Of a DNA stretch of 64,000 nt, positions 27,690 to 38,589 are shown piece by piece. Position 1 is the first letter of the stretch; each line of letters starts with the position of its first letter. Source of the stretch: Myxococcota bacterium (lineage in GTDB: Bacteria > Myxococcota_A > SURF-8); contig CAXXQS010000003.1 in NCBI GenBank assembly GCA_963674735.2, positions 32,001 through 96,000 of the forward strand, written 5' to 3'. The notes beneath the pieces are model-generated. The model saw only the letters and a list, made by a program, of their open reading frames with translations, did no database searches and was not told where the DNA came from. The position numbers were made by a program, and so were the translations under genes.

Positions 27690-28913
27690 TTAATCCTGGC
27701 TCTTGTCGCTTTCGGCAGGAGTTACTCGAATCGTCACCTCATCGACGAAGTCGAGAAGCTGACGTCGTGCCGAGTCGTAGCTGTCGGTTTCGGTCGTGAT
27801 CATCATCAGGCGCGCTCCGTCGTGCTCGACTCCTTCCAATTGCACGCCATTGGGACGCAAACGGCGTGAGCTGGTAATGCAATGGCGCTCGAAAGCACCT
27901 TCCGGGATCTCCATATCCGAAAGTGTTCCCCGCTGGTCGGTTGTCAGGAAATAACTGCCATAATAGCTGTTATTACAAGCTTTTGGCGGGTCAGGAAGCT
28001 CTCCCAGAGCAAGGCGAATCGTTGCACCGTACACGTCGTAGTTCCATTTCGAGGGAACGAGTCGGGCCATAATGGCGCCGCCTGCCAGCCGGGGGCCGAT
28101 GTCGATGATACGAGGTTCCCCTTCTTTGTCGATGGCCATGTCGATATGGGTGGGACCCCATTGAATACCCAAACGCCGAATGGCTTCGGCATTGGCTTTG
28201 AGGACGCGCTGCTGGATTTCCGTCGGCAGAGCTGAAGGAAAAAGGACTCCGAGAGTTACGTTTCGGGCAGCCGGGTGGATGAGTTTATCGGCGATCGTCA
28301 TGACATGAACGTGACCGTCGAATACCATCGATTCAACACCCAATATAGGACCATCGATGAATTCCTCGATGACCACTTCCGTCGTGCGGCTATGTCGCCG
28401 GGCACATGAAAACGCTTCGCGAATAAGTGAATGGTCATCGGTGTTTACACGGGATATTCCTTTGCCTCCGCCTCCGTCGGCAGGTTTGAAAGCCAGCGGA
28501 TAAGTTAACGGCGATTGTTTTGCGAGCGCGTCTTCGAAGCTTGTGGCGATCACTCCTTTGGGAGTCAGATCGCCTAATAGACGCCGAAAACGGTCTTTGT
28601 AGACTGCGTTGAGGGAGGCGGCATAGGAAATGAAATGGCGACTGAGAGACAGCTTCTCGGTGACATAGGCGCAGGTGCAAATTGCGGTGCTGGTGCCGCA
28701 GGTGACGAGTCCCCGGATGTCCTCGCGTTTTGCCAGATCAAGTACCGTGTCGTGATCGGCCGTATCGATGGGCAGGAAGAGATCGGCCGCTTCGGCTGCT
28801 GCCGGTTTGGCTTCTCCGGCACCGATTACAATCGCCCGATAGCCCAACTCCTGGGCTTTTTCAACCAGCGGAATCTGATTGTAGGTCGCTCCGAGAATGC
28901 AGATCGATTTCAT
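27690..28913 (-). CDS. ATP-grasp domain ligase
   Basis: ILGA...Q, NAVYKDRFR, KPADGGGGKGI, IEEFIDG, GPTHID, IIDIGPRLAGG. Confidence 0.9.
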   Translation of the reverse strand: MKSICILGATYNQIPLVEKAQELGYRAIVIGAGEAKPAAAEAADLFLPIDTADHDTVLDLAKREDIRGLVTCGTSTAICTCAYVTEKLSLSRHFISYAASLNAVYKDRFRRLLGDLTPKGVIATSFEDALAKQSPLTYPLAFKPADGGGGKGISRVNTDDHSLIREAFSCARRHSRTTEVVIEEFIDGPILGVESMVFDGHVHVMTIADKLIHPAARNVTLGVLFPSALPTEIQQRVLKANAEAIRRLGIQWGPTHIDMAIDKEGEPRIIDIGPRLAGGAIMARLVPSKWNYDVYGATIRLALGELPDPPKACNNSYYGSYFLTTDQRGTLSDMEIPEGAFERHCITSSRRLRPNGVQLEGVEHDGARLMMITTETDSYDSARRQLLDFVDEVTIRVTPAESDKSQD

Positions 28914-30034
28914 GGGTGATTACCGTTCAAGCCGGATTCGTTAACAATTTCCATGATTTTATCGGCAGAACAGTCTGCTAAACCGAGGTGTTCAAGCGTG
29001 CGGCCGTCGGCTCGGTAGTCGCGGTTGTGGATACGCCCGGCCAGACGTATCAGCATATCCGCCATCGGAGTCGGGACTCCGAGTTTGCGGCCCAATGAAT
29101 CAATCGGGACAAGTCCTGTCGGCACATCATCGGTGATGTAGCGGTGATCCAGCGTACGTGGGGCCTCGATCGTCCGGTAGTAATCGGTATCCTGCAAGGC
29201 GGTGAAGAGGTCGTTGCCCCGGCTTCCGTAGTTTTCATTCAGCCATTGGCAGGTGGAAATCATCGACAATCCGAGTTTCCGACCCACGGCCATGCGCTCT
29301 CCATCGAGTTCTTCAAGGAGTTGCGCGACGGAGGGTGTGATTCCGTCGTAGTAATACATGAATTGAGTTCGATCGGTCTCGATCCAGCCCATGTTGAGGA
29401 GAGTCGGCAACGGGTGAAGAATGGCTCCCACGCTATTCAAACCGGTTTCCAGGATGTTGGAGGCTTTCTGAAATACCGGTAACAACTCATTCAACGTTGT
29501 CAACACCTCGTCGCTACGAGTGGCCGGGAATGCGGCGAGACGAACAGCCGGTTTGACGCAGATAATGTCTACGATTTCGGCTTCAATGTTGCGGCAGGTG
29601 TGTACGAGCGTATTGGTTTCCGCCAAGGTGATATCGGCGCATAAGCCCGCCGTTAAAAGGGCTCTGTAGAATTCGATCGAGCCGAACAACCTGCCGGGAT
29701 TGAGGAGAAGGATCTGTCCGTCGACGAGATGCGGGGCGCATAACTCGGCAAGCTCCGCATGGGCGTTCGCGGTTACCGTAAGCATGACCAATTCCGCACT
29801 TTCCAGTGCTTTGCGAATATCGCTGGTAACGGTTGCGATACGACCCGTACCCGATACGACACCGGTAAGTTTCAGTTCAGGGTTTTGGTGCAAGCCCGCG
29901 AGACGGGCTTCGCTGCGGTTGTAGAGGGTTATCCGGTGTCCGAGAAGTGCGAGATGACCGGCGAGAGCTTTTCCCCCGTTGCCCCCTCCGATAACGGTAA
30001 TTCTGCGGGTAGAAGTGGAAGTCATGTTGCACAT
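28910..30034 (-). CDS. NAD/NADP octopine/nopaline (opine) dehydrogenase
   Basis: VIGGGNGG.A.A, LNPGR..G, AETNTL, N.GAILHP, FMYYYDG.T, LDGER, HRYITDDVPTGLVP, GVPTP, GRTL. Confidence 0.92.
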   Translation of the reverse strand: MCNMTSTSTRRITVIGGGNGGKALAGHLALLGHRITLYNRSEARLAGLHQNPELKLTGVVSGTGRIATVTSDIRKALESAELVMLTVTANAHAELAELCAPHLVDGQILLLNPGRLFGSIEFYRALLTAGLCADITLAETNTLVHTCRNIEAEIVDIICVKPAVRLAAFPATRSDEVLTTLNELLPVFQKASNILETGLNSVGAILHPLPTLLNMGWIETDRTQFMYYYDGITPSVAQLLEELDGERMAVGRKLGLSMISTCQWLNENYGSRGNDLFTALQDTDYYRTIEAPRTLDHRYITDDVPTGLVPIDSLGRKLGVPTPMADMLIRLAGRIHNRDYRADGRTLEHLGLADCSADKIMEIVNESGLNGNHP

Positions 30035-31926
30035 GTATCCTTGTCAAATGAACCGTCGTGTTCGCGCATCCTGGCCAGACGATCCAGCCGAGCGGCGACA
30101 TCGAGGGGTTGTCCACGTTCATTCACCAATTCCGTACCGCCGTTGATCAGTCGGCTGTTCCAGTCGACGGCATGTGGGAATGTTTCCCGGCAATTCCATA
30201 GATTGGGAACCGGCAGGTAGCCTTCTTCGAAGATGCGATAAAGGCCCGCTGCTGAATAAGGATCGGGAATTCGGCGCTCGATGTCGTGTAGAATTTCGTG
30301 TGCCTCGGAAAGCAGCTGCTCGCGGCGTTCGGTTACGGTTTCCCCGCTGATGAGATCCCTCAACCCAAGCCGATTCCGCAGAGTCGGATAATGTGTCAAG
30401 GCGGCTTTTGCGATTCGTACGCTTTCGTTGATCACCTTCGGCGTGGCGAGCTGGTCGCCTTCAGAATAACTGACGACATGGAGAATCGGTGGACTGCTCG
30501 GGTTGTCGGGTTCCACGTCCGTCATCAGCGCGGTTGTCGCCGCTAATTGGATTTTTGCCTTGTCGAGATCGGGAGAAAAATAATCCAAACCGGCACGTGG
30601 CTGATAGATGATATGAAAAGACGAATCCGCCAGGCTACCGACTAGAGATAAAAGGGCACGCGCCTTGGCCAGATCGTTGAGCCCCGACGAAGCTTTCGGT
30701 AGATTCAACATGTTTTGCAACACCAGATAACCGACTCCGGCTTTCTTGGCTGTCCTTGCCGCCAAGTAGGAACTTACAAGATAGGTGACATCGTCTGCAC
30801 CGCGAAAGGCGAAATGGTGCGGGACGTTGGGTTCGAAAGGACGTCCACAGCGAGCGATATAGCGGATCGCGGCAAGATGTTCGTCCAGGTTTTGTTTGAC
30901 GGAATTGGGACCCCGGCCGTCGATTTCCGAAAACCACCAGAGTGAGAGTGCGTGCCAGGCGTTATGCAGGCTACGTTCTAAAATTTTGGCCATTTCGACA
31001 ACGTGTTTCGACCCGGAATAGGCGCGCACCAGCATGGGTTGGGCGGCTTTCCAGATCGTTGCAAACTCACGTTCGTCATGGATTGGGGTGCCGCCCCCGT
31101 TGATACGTCCCGCCCAACTCTCGCCGAAGGCCGATTGAGTCAGTTGGGACGAGCCGATGGACGCGATGTCGAGCCAACCTGCTTTTGCAAGTTGTCGGAC
31201 CCAGTCGATAAGGCGTTTCACGGCCTCCAGACGGTTCGATTGATAGGGGCCGACGTGGGCACGGAACAAGGGCAGTCGTCCTGCTTTAGCTGCATGGGTG
31301 AGGCGCAGGATCAAATGGTCGTTGGGGGAGCCCATTTCCGGATAATTCAAGGGTGAAGGCGGTTGTTGGGCTAAGTGAGCCTCGCTGCCTAACAGATCGT
31401 TCCCGAAGTCCATGCGTTCGTTGTCGTATTCAGCGGTGGTTTGAATCGCCTGAGGAATTTTTTCTTCAGGAATTCCGAGCAGACGTAGGGTCTGAAGCGG
31501 AGTTTCATCTCCCATGAAGACCGGAAAACGCCTTTGGAATACCCGTTCGATCCGTCTGCATGCGTCGGGTAACCCAGCGAAATAGAGAGATTTGATTGTG
31601 CCACCCGTTCCGGTGTCCAGCAGCTTTTCGGCGGTGAGTCGCACGACGAAGTGTTCGAAAATCGTTGTTGCTTGATCCGGGTCGAGTCTGTAGCTGATAC
31701 CAAGTCGTGTGATGCCGTGTCGGCGAACCCAATCACACACTTGTGCAAAAGCGAGAGGGGATTCCATGTTTTCGGCTGCGGTAGCAATGGTATTGTCTGC
31801 ACTGTAAACCCGATAGCCGCAATCCTCCAGCAGATCGGCCACGGCACTTAGGCCCAATGTATGCGCGTCCGTGTACGGCTTGATCAGTCCGAAAACGTCC
31901 GTCTGGCCGCAATGGATGTCGGGCAT
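30022..31926 (-). CDS. cobalamin-binding protein: N-terminal B12 Rossmann domain fused to a glutamate-mutase-like TIM barrel
   Basis: DAHTLG (DxHxxG), GISYRL (SxL-like), YFAG; then RAHVGP, NGGGTPI, AKKAGV, NDLAKARAL. Confidence 0.78.
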   Translation of the reverse strand: MPDIHCGQTDVFGLIKPYTDAHTLGLSAVADLLEDCGYRVYSADNTIATAAENMESPLAFAQVCDWVRRHGITRLGISYRLDPDQATTIFEHFVVRLTAEKLLDTGTGGTIKSLYFAGLPDACRRIERVFQRRFPVFMGDETPLQTLRLLGIPEEKIPQAIQTTAEYDNERMDFGNDLLGSEAHLAQQPPSPLNYPEMGSPNDHLILRLTHAAKAGRLPLFRAHVGPYQSNRLEAVKRLIDWVRQLAKAGWLDIASIGSSQLTQSAFGESWAGRINGGGTPIHDEREFATIWKAAQPMLVRAYSGSKHVVEMAKILERSLHNAWHALSLWWFSEIDGRGPNSVKQNLDEHLAAIRYIARCGRPFEPNVPHHFAFRGADDVTYLVSSYLAARTAKKAGVGYLVLQNMLNLPKASSGLNDLAKARALLSLVGSLADSSFHIIYQPRAGLDYFSPDLDKAKIQLAATTALMTDVEPDNPSSPPILHVVSYSEGDQLATPKVINESVRIAKAALTHYPTLRNRLGLRDLISGETVTERREQLLSEAHEILHDIERRIPDPYSAAGLYRIFEEGYLPVPNLWNCRETFPHAVDWNSRLINGGTELVNERGQPLDVAARLDRLARMREHDGSFDKDTCAT

Positions 31927-31927
31927 C

Positions 31928-32890
31928 TCAATCGAGCTCTTTGGTGCGAATCGTTCCGGTGGGCATGCGGCGGACTTCGAAAAGAATTCGGATGAGATAT
32001 TCCCCGATGATTCCCATGGCGAAGAGCGAAACGCCGAAGAAGAAAAGCAGCAATAACACTAAGGTTGTCCAGCCTTGTATCGCGATACCGCCGAAGAGAT
32101 ATTCGCAAAAATAGTAGATACCGAGAATGGTGCTGAGAACGAAACAACCCAATCCGAGAAAGCTGACCAGCTGCAGGGGTAAAGCCGAGTTTCCAAGAAT
32201 GTTGTCAAGGCCGTTGGAAACGAGTCGGCGCAAGCTGTAACCGGACTGATCGTACTTGCGGGGATGATGTTCTACCTGAACGTTTTTCACCTGGGTGGTA
32301 ATCTGCATAAGCAACAATCCGATGCGTGGACTGAAGTTGCGGTATTCCAACAGGTGACGGGCGATTGTGCGTCGCATTACGCGAAAACTGGTGAGTTTGA
32401 GATTCGGATCGGTTTGTAGCATGTAGCAGGTCAAACGTTCGATCGTTTTGGTCGCCAGATTACGTATTGGGTGGTGTTGTTTGGTCTCGTAGGAACCCAC
32501 CACTGCATCCATGGATTCGTCTTCCCGAATGGCTGTAACGAGCTTGGGGATCTCTTCGGGCGGATGCTGCAGGTCATCGTCCATGGTGATGATCAATTCC
32601 CCGCGAGTGTGAGCGATTCCGGAGAGGATGGTGTTGTGCTGGCCGAAATTTCGGGTGTGTTGCAAGAGTTTGATCTGTGGATAAGTCTTCCGAATTTCCT
32701 TCATCAGTGTCCACGAGTTGTCTCGACTACCATCATCGACGAGCAAAATCTCGTATTCCTCACCGATGGCATCGAATACCCGAGTCAGTCTTTCACACAA
32801 TTCTCCAAGGCTTTTCGATGAGTTGTAAATAGGTACCACAACACTAAAGGCCAACGTGGCGGGATTGTGGATGCTGAGTCCTTCAGGCAT
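31928..32890 (-). CDS. undecaprenyl-phosphate glycosyltransferase, GT2 (ArnC/GtrB/YkoT-like)
   Basis: SVVVPIYN, VDDGSRD, RNFGQHN, TMDDDLQHPPEEIP, SFR, two C-terminal TM helices, GIIGEY. Confidence 0.93.
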   Translation of the reverse strand: MPEGLSIHNPATLAFSVVVPIYNSSKSLGELCERLTRVFDAIGEEYEILLVDDGSRDNSWTLMKEIRKTYPQIKLLQHTRNFGQHNTILSGIAHTRGELIITMDDDLQHPPEEIPKLVTAIREDESMDAVVGSYETKQHHPIRNLATKTIERLTCYMLQTDPNLKLTSFRVMRRTIARHLLEYRNFSPRIGLLLMQITTQVKNVQVEHHPRKYDQSGYSLRRLVSNGLDNILGNSALPLQLVSFLGLGCFVLSTILGIYYFCEYLFGGIAIQGWTTLVLLLLFFFGVSLFAMGIIGEYLIRILFEVRRMPTGTIRTKELD

Positions 32891-33215
32891 GGGGACGTCC
32901 CTATCACGGCGCTTGGAAAACAGCCAGTCATTTACGGATCAATGCTTTGCCGGATAAAACGCAGACGCGTTTGGTCGGCGAAGCTTCACGGATGCGTAAC
33001 TTAGATTGAAATATACGCCTGAAGCTATTGGAAATCAAGGAGAATTCTGTGTTGCAACACTGAAGGAATCTGACGAAGGAAAGTTTGAAAAACGAGTTTT
33101 TTCCTACGCCCTTCTTTCCGATAACCAGTCCGAGATCCGGATTCCGGTCCAGTTACCGAACGGCCACCGGCTGGTTGATTGTCTCTAAGTTGTAGAAATA
33201 ACACCAAAAATTGTT

Positions 33216-33231
33216 TGGTACAAAAATTGCT
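33216..33231 (+). promoter_or_regulatory. sigma54 (-24/-12) promoter
   Basis: TGGTAC-AAAAA-TTGCT matches TGGCAC-N5-TTGC(A/T) with one mismatch, 48 nt before ATG 33280. Confidence 0.7.
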
Positions 33232-33279
33232 GTTTAAGCTGGGTGAAGTTGAAATCCGCCTTTAGACGGAGGAACTCTC

Positions 33280-34020
33280 ATGCCGGTACCGGAATTCGTT
33301 TCGCTTGCGCGGTTGGCGGGCCGTTATTTACGGCAATTGTTGGATGAGCTGGAGGAGCCCATGCAAGAGAATGGATCCAATGACCACTTCCGGCGATCGC
33401 GTCGATTGCCGTCAGGTTTTAAAAAACTAGATGATGCGCTTGGGTTAGGCGGCGTTCCCGAAGGGGCGACTGTCGAGCTTTGGAGCGCGTTTTCCCGTGA
33501 GTTGTTCTGGTTTTCGTCTCACTGGGTGGATGTGTTGCATTTACGTGGGCGCAATATTGTGTTGGTGGATCCTTTCTCTGAGTTTGATCCGACTCAGTTC
33601 CGTTGTAACCGTTCGGATTCCGGGCAAATTATGGTGGTCAACGTTGTGGAACGGGATGCATTGACTCGTCTTGTTAGTCGCTTGATGGAAGAAAAAAATA
33701 CTGATTTGGTAGTGCTGCCGCCAGGGATTATGGCTCAGCAGTATCTCAGCTATGGAGCGATCACCAGTGACGCAACCAAGCCGATCGAAGCCGCTTTCGA
33801 GCAGGCCATTCAACACTTGGCTTGGCTCGGACGACGTACCGGCGTCAGCTTGCTGCTGATGCGTCACGTATCGGAGGATCGCTATCCTCCTTCGCTGGCT
33901 TCGGCACAGGTGCATTTACGGATTTTGGAGCGCTCCCCCTATAGTGGACGCCGTTTGCGAATCGAGCATAATGTGTTGGCTCCCGAAACGATGGGCAAAC
34001 TCATCACGTTGCCTGACTGA
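33280..34020 (+). CDS. RecA-fold protein lacking Walker motifs (ImuA-like)
   Basis: LPSGFKKLDDALGLGGVPEGATVEL resembles the RecA N-terminus; LVDP..EFDP; P-loop replaced by WSAFSREL; GGAGG RBS. Confidence 0.7.
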   Translation: MPVPEFVSLARLAGRYLRQLLDELEEPMQENGSNDHFRRSRRLPSGFKKLDDALGLGGVPEGATVELWSAFSRELFWFSSHWVDVLHLRGRNIVLVDPFSEFDPTQFRCNRSDSGQIMVVNVVERDALTRLVSRLMEEKNTDLVVLPPGIMAQQYLSYGAITSDATKPIEAAFEQAIQHLAWLGRRTGVSLLLMRHVSEDRYPPSLASAQVHLRILERSPYSGRRLRIEHNVLAPETMGKLITLPD

Positions 34021-34090
34021 TTGTTTGGCGATCTCGTCCTTCCCCATTGAAATGCTGTGGATATAAGGATAAGTTTCGAAAATTCCACAT

Positions 34091-34130
34091 AAAAAACAGA
34101 CCGCCCCGTGAGGAACGGGGCGGCTGTTTG
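34091..34130. terminator. intrinsic terminator of acs (probably bidirectional)
   Basis: aaaaaACAG-aCCGCCCCG-tgaggaa-CGGGGCGG-CTGTtt. Confidence 0.85.
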
Positions 34131-34147
34131 GGGATGCTGAACCGAGC

Positions 34148-36115
<1,968 letters not shown>

Positions 36116-36237
36116 GCTTACCTCCTGGTCATGCGGCATTGGGGTTGGTATTGCCTATCGTAAATAAAAAACCTAGCCTGTTATTCTCGATTCATTTTTC
36201 AACGTGTCGCGATGATGCAAAGCGTGATGTGATCCGG

Positions 36238-36267
36238 AGTATAGAGAAGGGCCTCCGTGTCTGTCAA
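36238..36267 (-). promoter_or_regulatory. sigma70-type promoter for acs
   Basis: Minus strand TTGACA-N18-TATACT with an AT-rich tract upstream. Confidence 0.65.
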
Positions 36268-36330
36268 GGAAAAATTTTACAAAAACACAAATATAATTTT
36301 AAAACATATTGAAAAATCTGTAAGTACATA

Positions 36331-36360
36331 AAAATAAAGGGGTAATACTTTGTTACCCCG
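36331..36360 (-). terminator. putative terminator after the GNAT gene
   Basis: GGGGTAA-caaagta-TTACCCC followed by tttatttt on the minus strand. Confidence 0.6.
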
Positions 36361-36398
36361 AAAGTGAAGGCCATCTGTAAAGCTGTAAAGTTGTGAAA

Positions 36399-36851
36399 CT
36401 AGGCAGGGAGTTGTACTTGTTTACGCAGCTTGATTTGGTAGGTTTCGAAACCAGCCGATTCGAAAAAAGACAACAATTCCTTATTGGTAACATCCACGTC
36501 GACCACCACCCAGTCGACTCCGTTACCGGCAAACCAAAAACCGGCGCTTTCGATTAGGCGTGAGGCGATTTGTCGGCGTTGAAATTCAGGATCTATATAC
36601 AACGTGTGAATCACCCCGCGGTCGATACCGCCGGTAAGGATGTTGTATTGCAAAATGGAGCATTCCACGAGTCCGATCGCCCGACTACCTGCTTTGGCCA
36701 GCAGCATCAGGTGGCGGTTTGAATCAATGCGTTCTTCGAGTAACTTGAATGTTTTGATTTCATTGATATCAAGCACGTTTTTTAGCAAGTCCACTACTTG
36801 GCGGATTTGCTTGGTTCCAACTTTTTGAATTTGAACGGCTTCGTTTGACAC
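36399..36851 (-). CDS. GNAT family N-acetyltransferase
   Basis: LYIDPEFQRRQIASRLI (acetyl-CoA motif A), N.....FFESAGF. Confidence 0.85.
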   Translation of the reverse strand: MSNEAVQIQKVGTKQIRQVVDLLKNVLDINEIKTFKLLEERIDSNRHLMLLAKAGSRAIGLVECSILQYNILTGGIDRGVIHTLYIDPEFQRRQIASRLIESAGFWFAGNGVDWVVVDVDVTNKELLSFFESAGFETYQIKLRKQVQLPA

Positions 36852-36868
36852 CAGAGTTCTCCTCTAAA

Positions 36869-38089
36869 TTATGTAGGGGCGAAAAAATCATCATGCAAAG
36901 TTTGCGCGGCTTTTTGGAGAGAAGGCCGAAGCATGCGAAACGTGATCCGGTCGCGTGTCATCAGCAGATCTTGCCAAGCCAATCCCTGACTTGCCAACCT
37001 GGTGGTTGCCTGATGCAAGGTTTGTGGACTGTTGGCCAGTCCGGCCCCTACCAAACTGATCGAGCCCAAGTTTGCGTGAAAAGATGCCGCGTCGCCGATT
37101 TCTTTATACAGGTTTTTTTGCAAGGATAACCAGTCTTCGATACCATCGGCGTTCATTGTTAGAAAGCCGCTTCCCCGTTCCGATCCTTCCATGCGCATGT
37201 CGATCACCGGCACGTCGTATTTTTCTAAAAAACGCAACAATGATAGGAGCGTGTTCGGTGAATCGTAAGAGACGTGAATGTGGTATTCTTCATGTCGCAG
37301 CACGACGGCACGGACTTGCCCGTGGACGGGGACTTCTTCCGGTTTAAGCAGCAGGGTGCCTTGACCGTCCTTGAAGGTCGATGTGAGCATCACTTTAAGT
37401 CCATGTGATCGGGCAAAATCGATCGCGTCCGGATTGAGGACCTTCGCTCCCGCCGCACCCATTTCCTGCATTTCGTCGTAACTAAGGGCTTCGATCGGAA
37501 TGGTGCCGTCGATCTCATGCGGATCCGAAGAATACACGCCCGCTACATCCGAGCAGATTTCGCAATAACGTGCGTTTAGGGTTGCAGCCAAGGCGACCGC
37601 CGTCGTATCGCTCCCCCCACGTCCCAGTGTGGTGATTTCGCGCTTGTAACTCATTCCCTGAAAACCGGCCACGATGACAATTCGATCCCGCTCCAGTTCA
37701 TCCTGAATCCGGATCGGTCTGACATCGATGATGCGGGCACGCGAGTGGCTGTCCGAAGTGATGATGCCGCACTGGCTGCCGGTGAAACTGATGGCGTCGA
37801 GACCGAGATCCTGAATGGCCATCGTTAAAAGCGACATGGCCATGCGTTCTCCGGTTGTCAACAGCATGTCCATTTCACGTTTTTGTGGGGCTTTGCTTAC
37901 CTCATGGGCCATTTTCAGCAGACTATCGGTAGAGGACCCCATCGCTGAGACAACCGCTACGACGTGATAGCCTTTCTTTTTTGTGGCCACGATACGTTGT
38001 GCCACCTGCCGGATTTTGCCAGCATCGGCCACCGACGATCCGCCATATTTCTGTACCACGATGGGAAGCATGTTCGGTTTCCTGCTCAT
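36869..38089 (-). CDS. lysC: aspartate kinase
   Basis: [48 protein letters not shown]. Confidence 0.93.
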   Translation of the reverse strand: MSRKPNMLPIVVQKYGGSSVADAGKIRQVAQRIVATKKKGYHVVAVVSAMGSSTDSLLKMAHEVSKAPQKREMDMLLTTGERMAMSLLTMAIQDLGLDAISFTGSQCGIITSDSHSRARIIDVRPIRIQDELERDRIVIVAGFQGMSYKREITTLGRGGSDTTAVALAATLNARYCEICSDVAGVYSSDPHEIDGTIPIEALSYDEMQEMGAAGAKVLNPDAIDFARSHGLKVMLTSTFKDGQGTLLLKPEEVPVHGQVRAVVLRHEEYHIHVSYDSPNTLLSLLRFLEKYDVPVIDMRMEGSERGSGFLTMNADGIEDWLSLQKNLYKEIGDAASFHANLGSISLVGAGLANSPQTLHQATTRLASQGLAWQDLLMTRDRITFRMLRPSLQKAAQTLHDDFFAPT

Positions 38090-38184
38090 TGTAAGATAGC
38101 CTCAATTTCTATCCGGGCATCGGAGGAAAGTCAAGTCTGCAGGGCTTGGTCCGTCAGAATAAGACCTCTCGATCCAGATTCAGT

Positions 38185-38589
38185 TCAAGGCGCTTTGTTC
38201 GATGGAGTAAGAACGAGATACCGGCGTAGACGTGTTACGAGTTTCGGTCCGATGCCGGAGACACGCTCCAGATCTTCCACCCGTCGGAAGGGTCCGCCGG
38301 TCTCGCGTTCAGTCACGATGCGCTTGGCCAAGACCGGTCCTACTCCGGGTAGGGTTGTCAACGTCGCGACATCGGCTGAATTGGGATCGATCAGCGAAAC
38401 GGGAGAGTCGGGCGGAGGTGGCTTCGTGTCGATGGTTGTCAAGTCGGGTAATGGATTTGTTACTTCCGTTAATGTTGTTACAGCCGGAGGATCAGGCGAG
38501 GTAAGTTGACGGCTCCCTTGCATGAGGCCCAAGAAGTACGCGCCCACCCCAACACAGATAATGAGCAACAACCATAGACGGTCATGCAT
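38185..38589 (-). CDS. ComEA family helix-hairpin-helix DNA-binding protein
   Basis: N-terminal TM helix; IDPNSAD...LTTLPGVGPVLAKRIV..RE.GGPF..VEDL.RVSGIGPK. Confidence 0.88.
   Translation of the reverse strand: MHDRLWLLLIICVGVGAYFLGLMQGSRQLTSPDPPAVTTLTEVTNPLPDLTTIDTKPPPPDSPVSLIDPNSADVATLTTLPGVGPVLAKRIVTERETGGPFRRVEDLERVSGIGPKLVTRLRRYLVLTPSNKAP

Noticed and set aside
28910-30034. Staphylopine/pseudopaline-type metallophore cluster
   Set aside because: No nicotianamine synthase, metal importer or exporter lies nearby, and the neighbours are glycan genes.
32891-33279. Possible cobalamin riboswitch upstream of the operon with the B12 protein
   Set aside because: I saw no B12-box or conserved core on the minus strand. 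An Infernal/Rfam scan would be decisive.
33280-34020. Calling this gene recA
   Set aside because: It is too short and lacks both Walker motifs.
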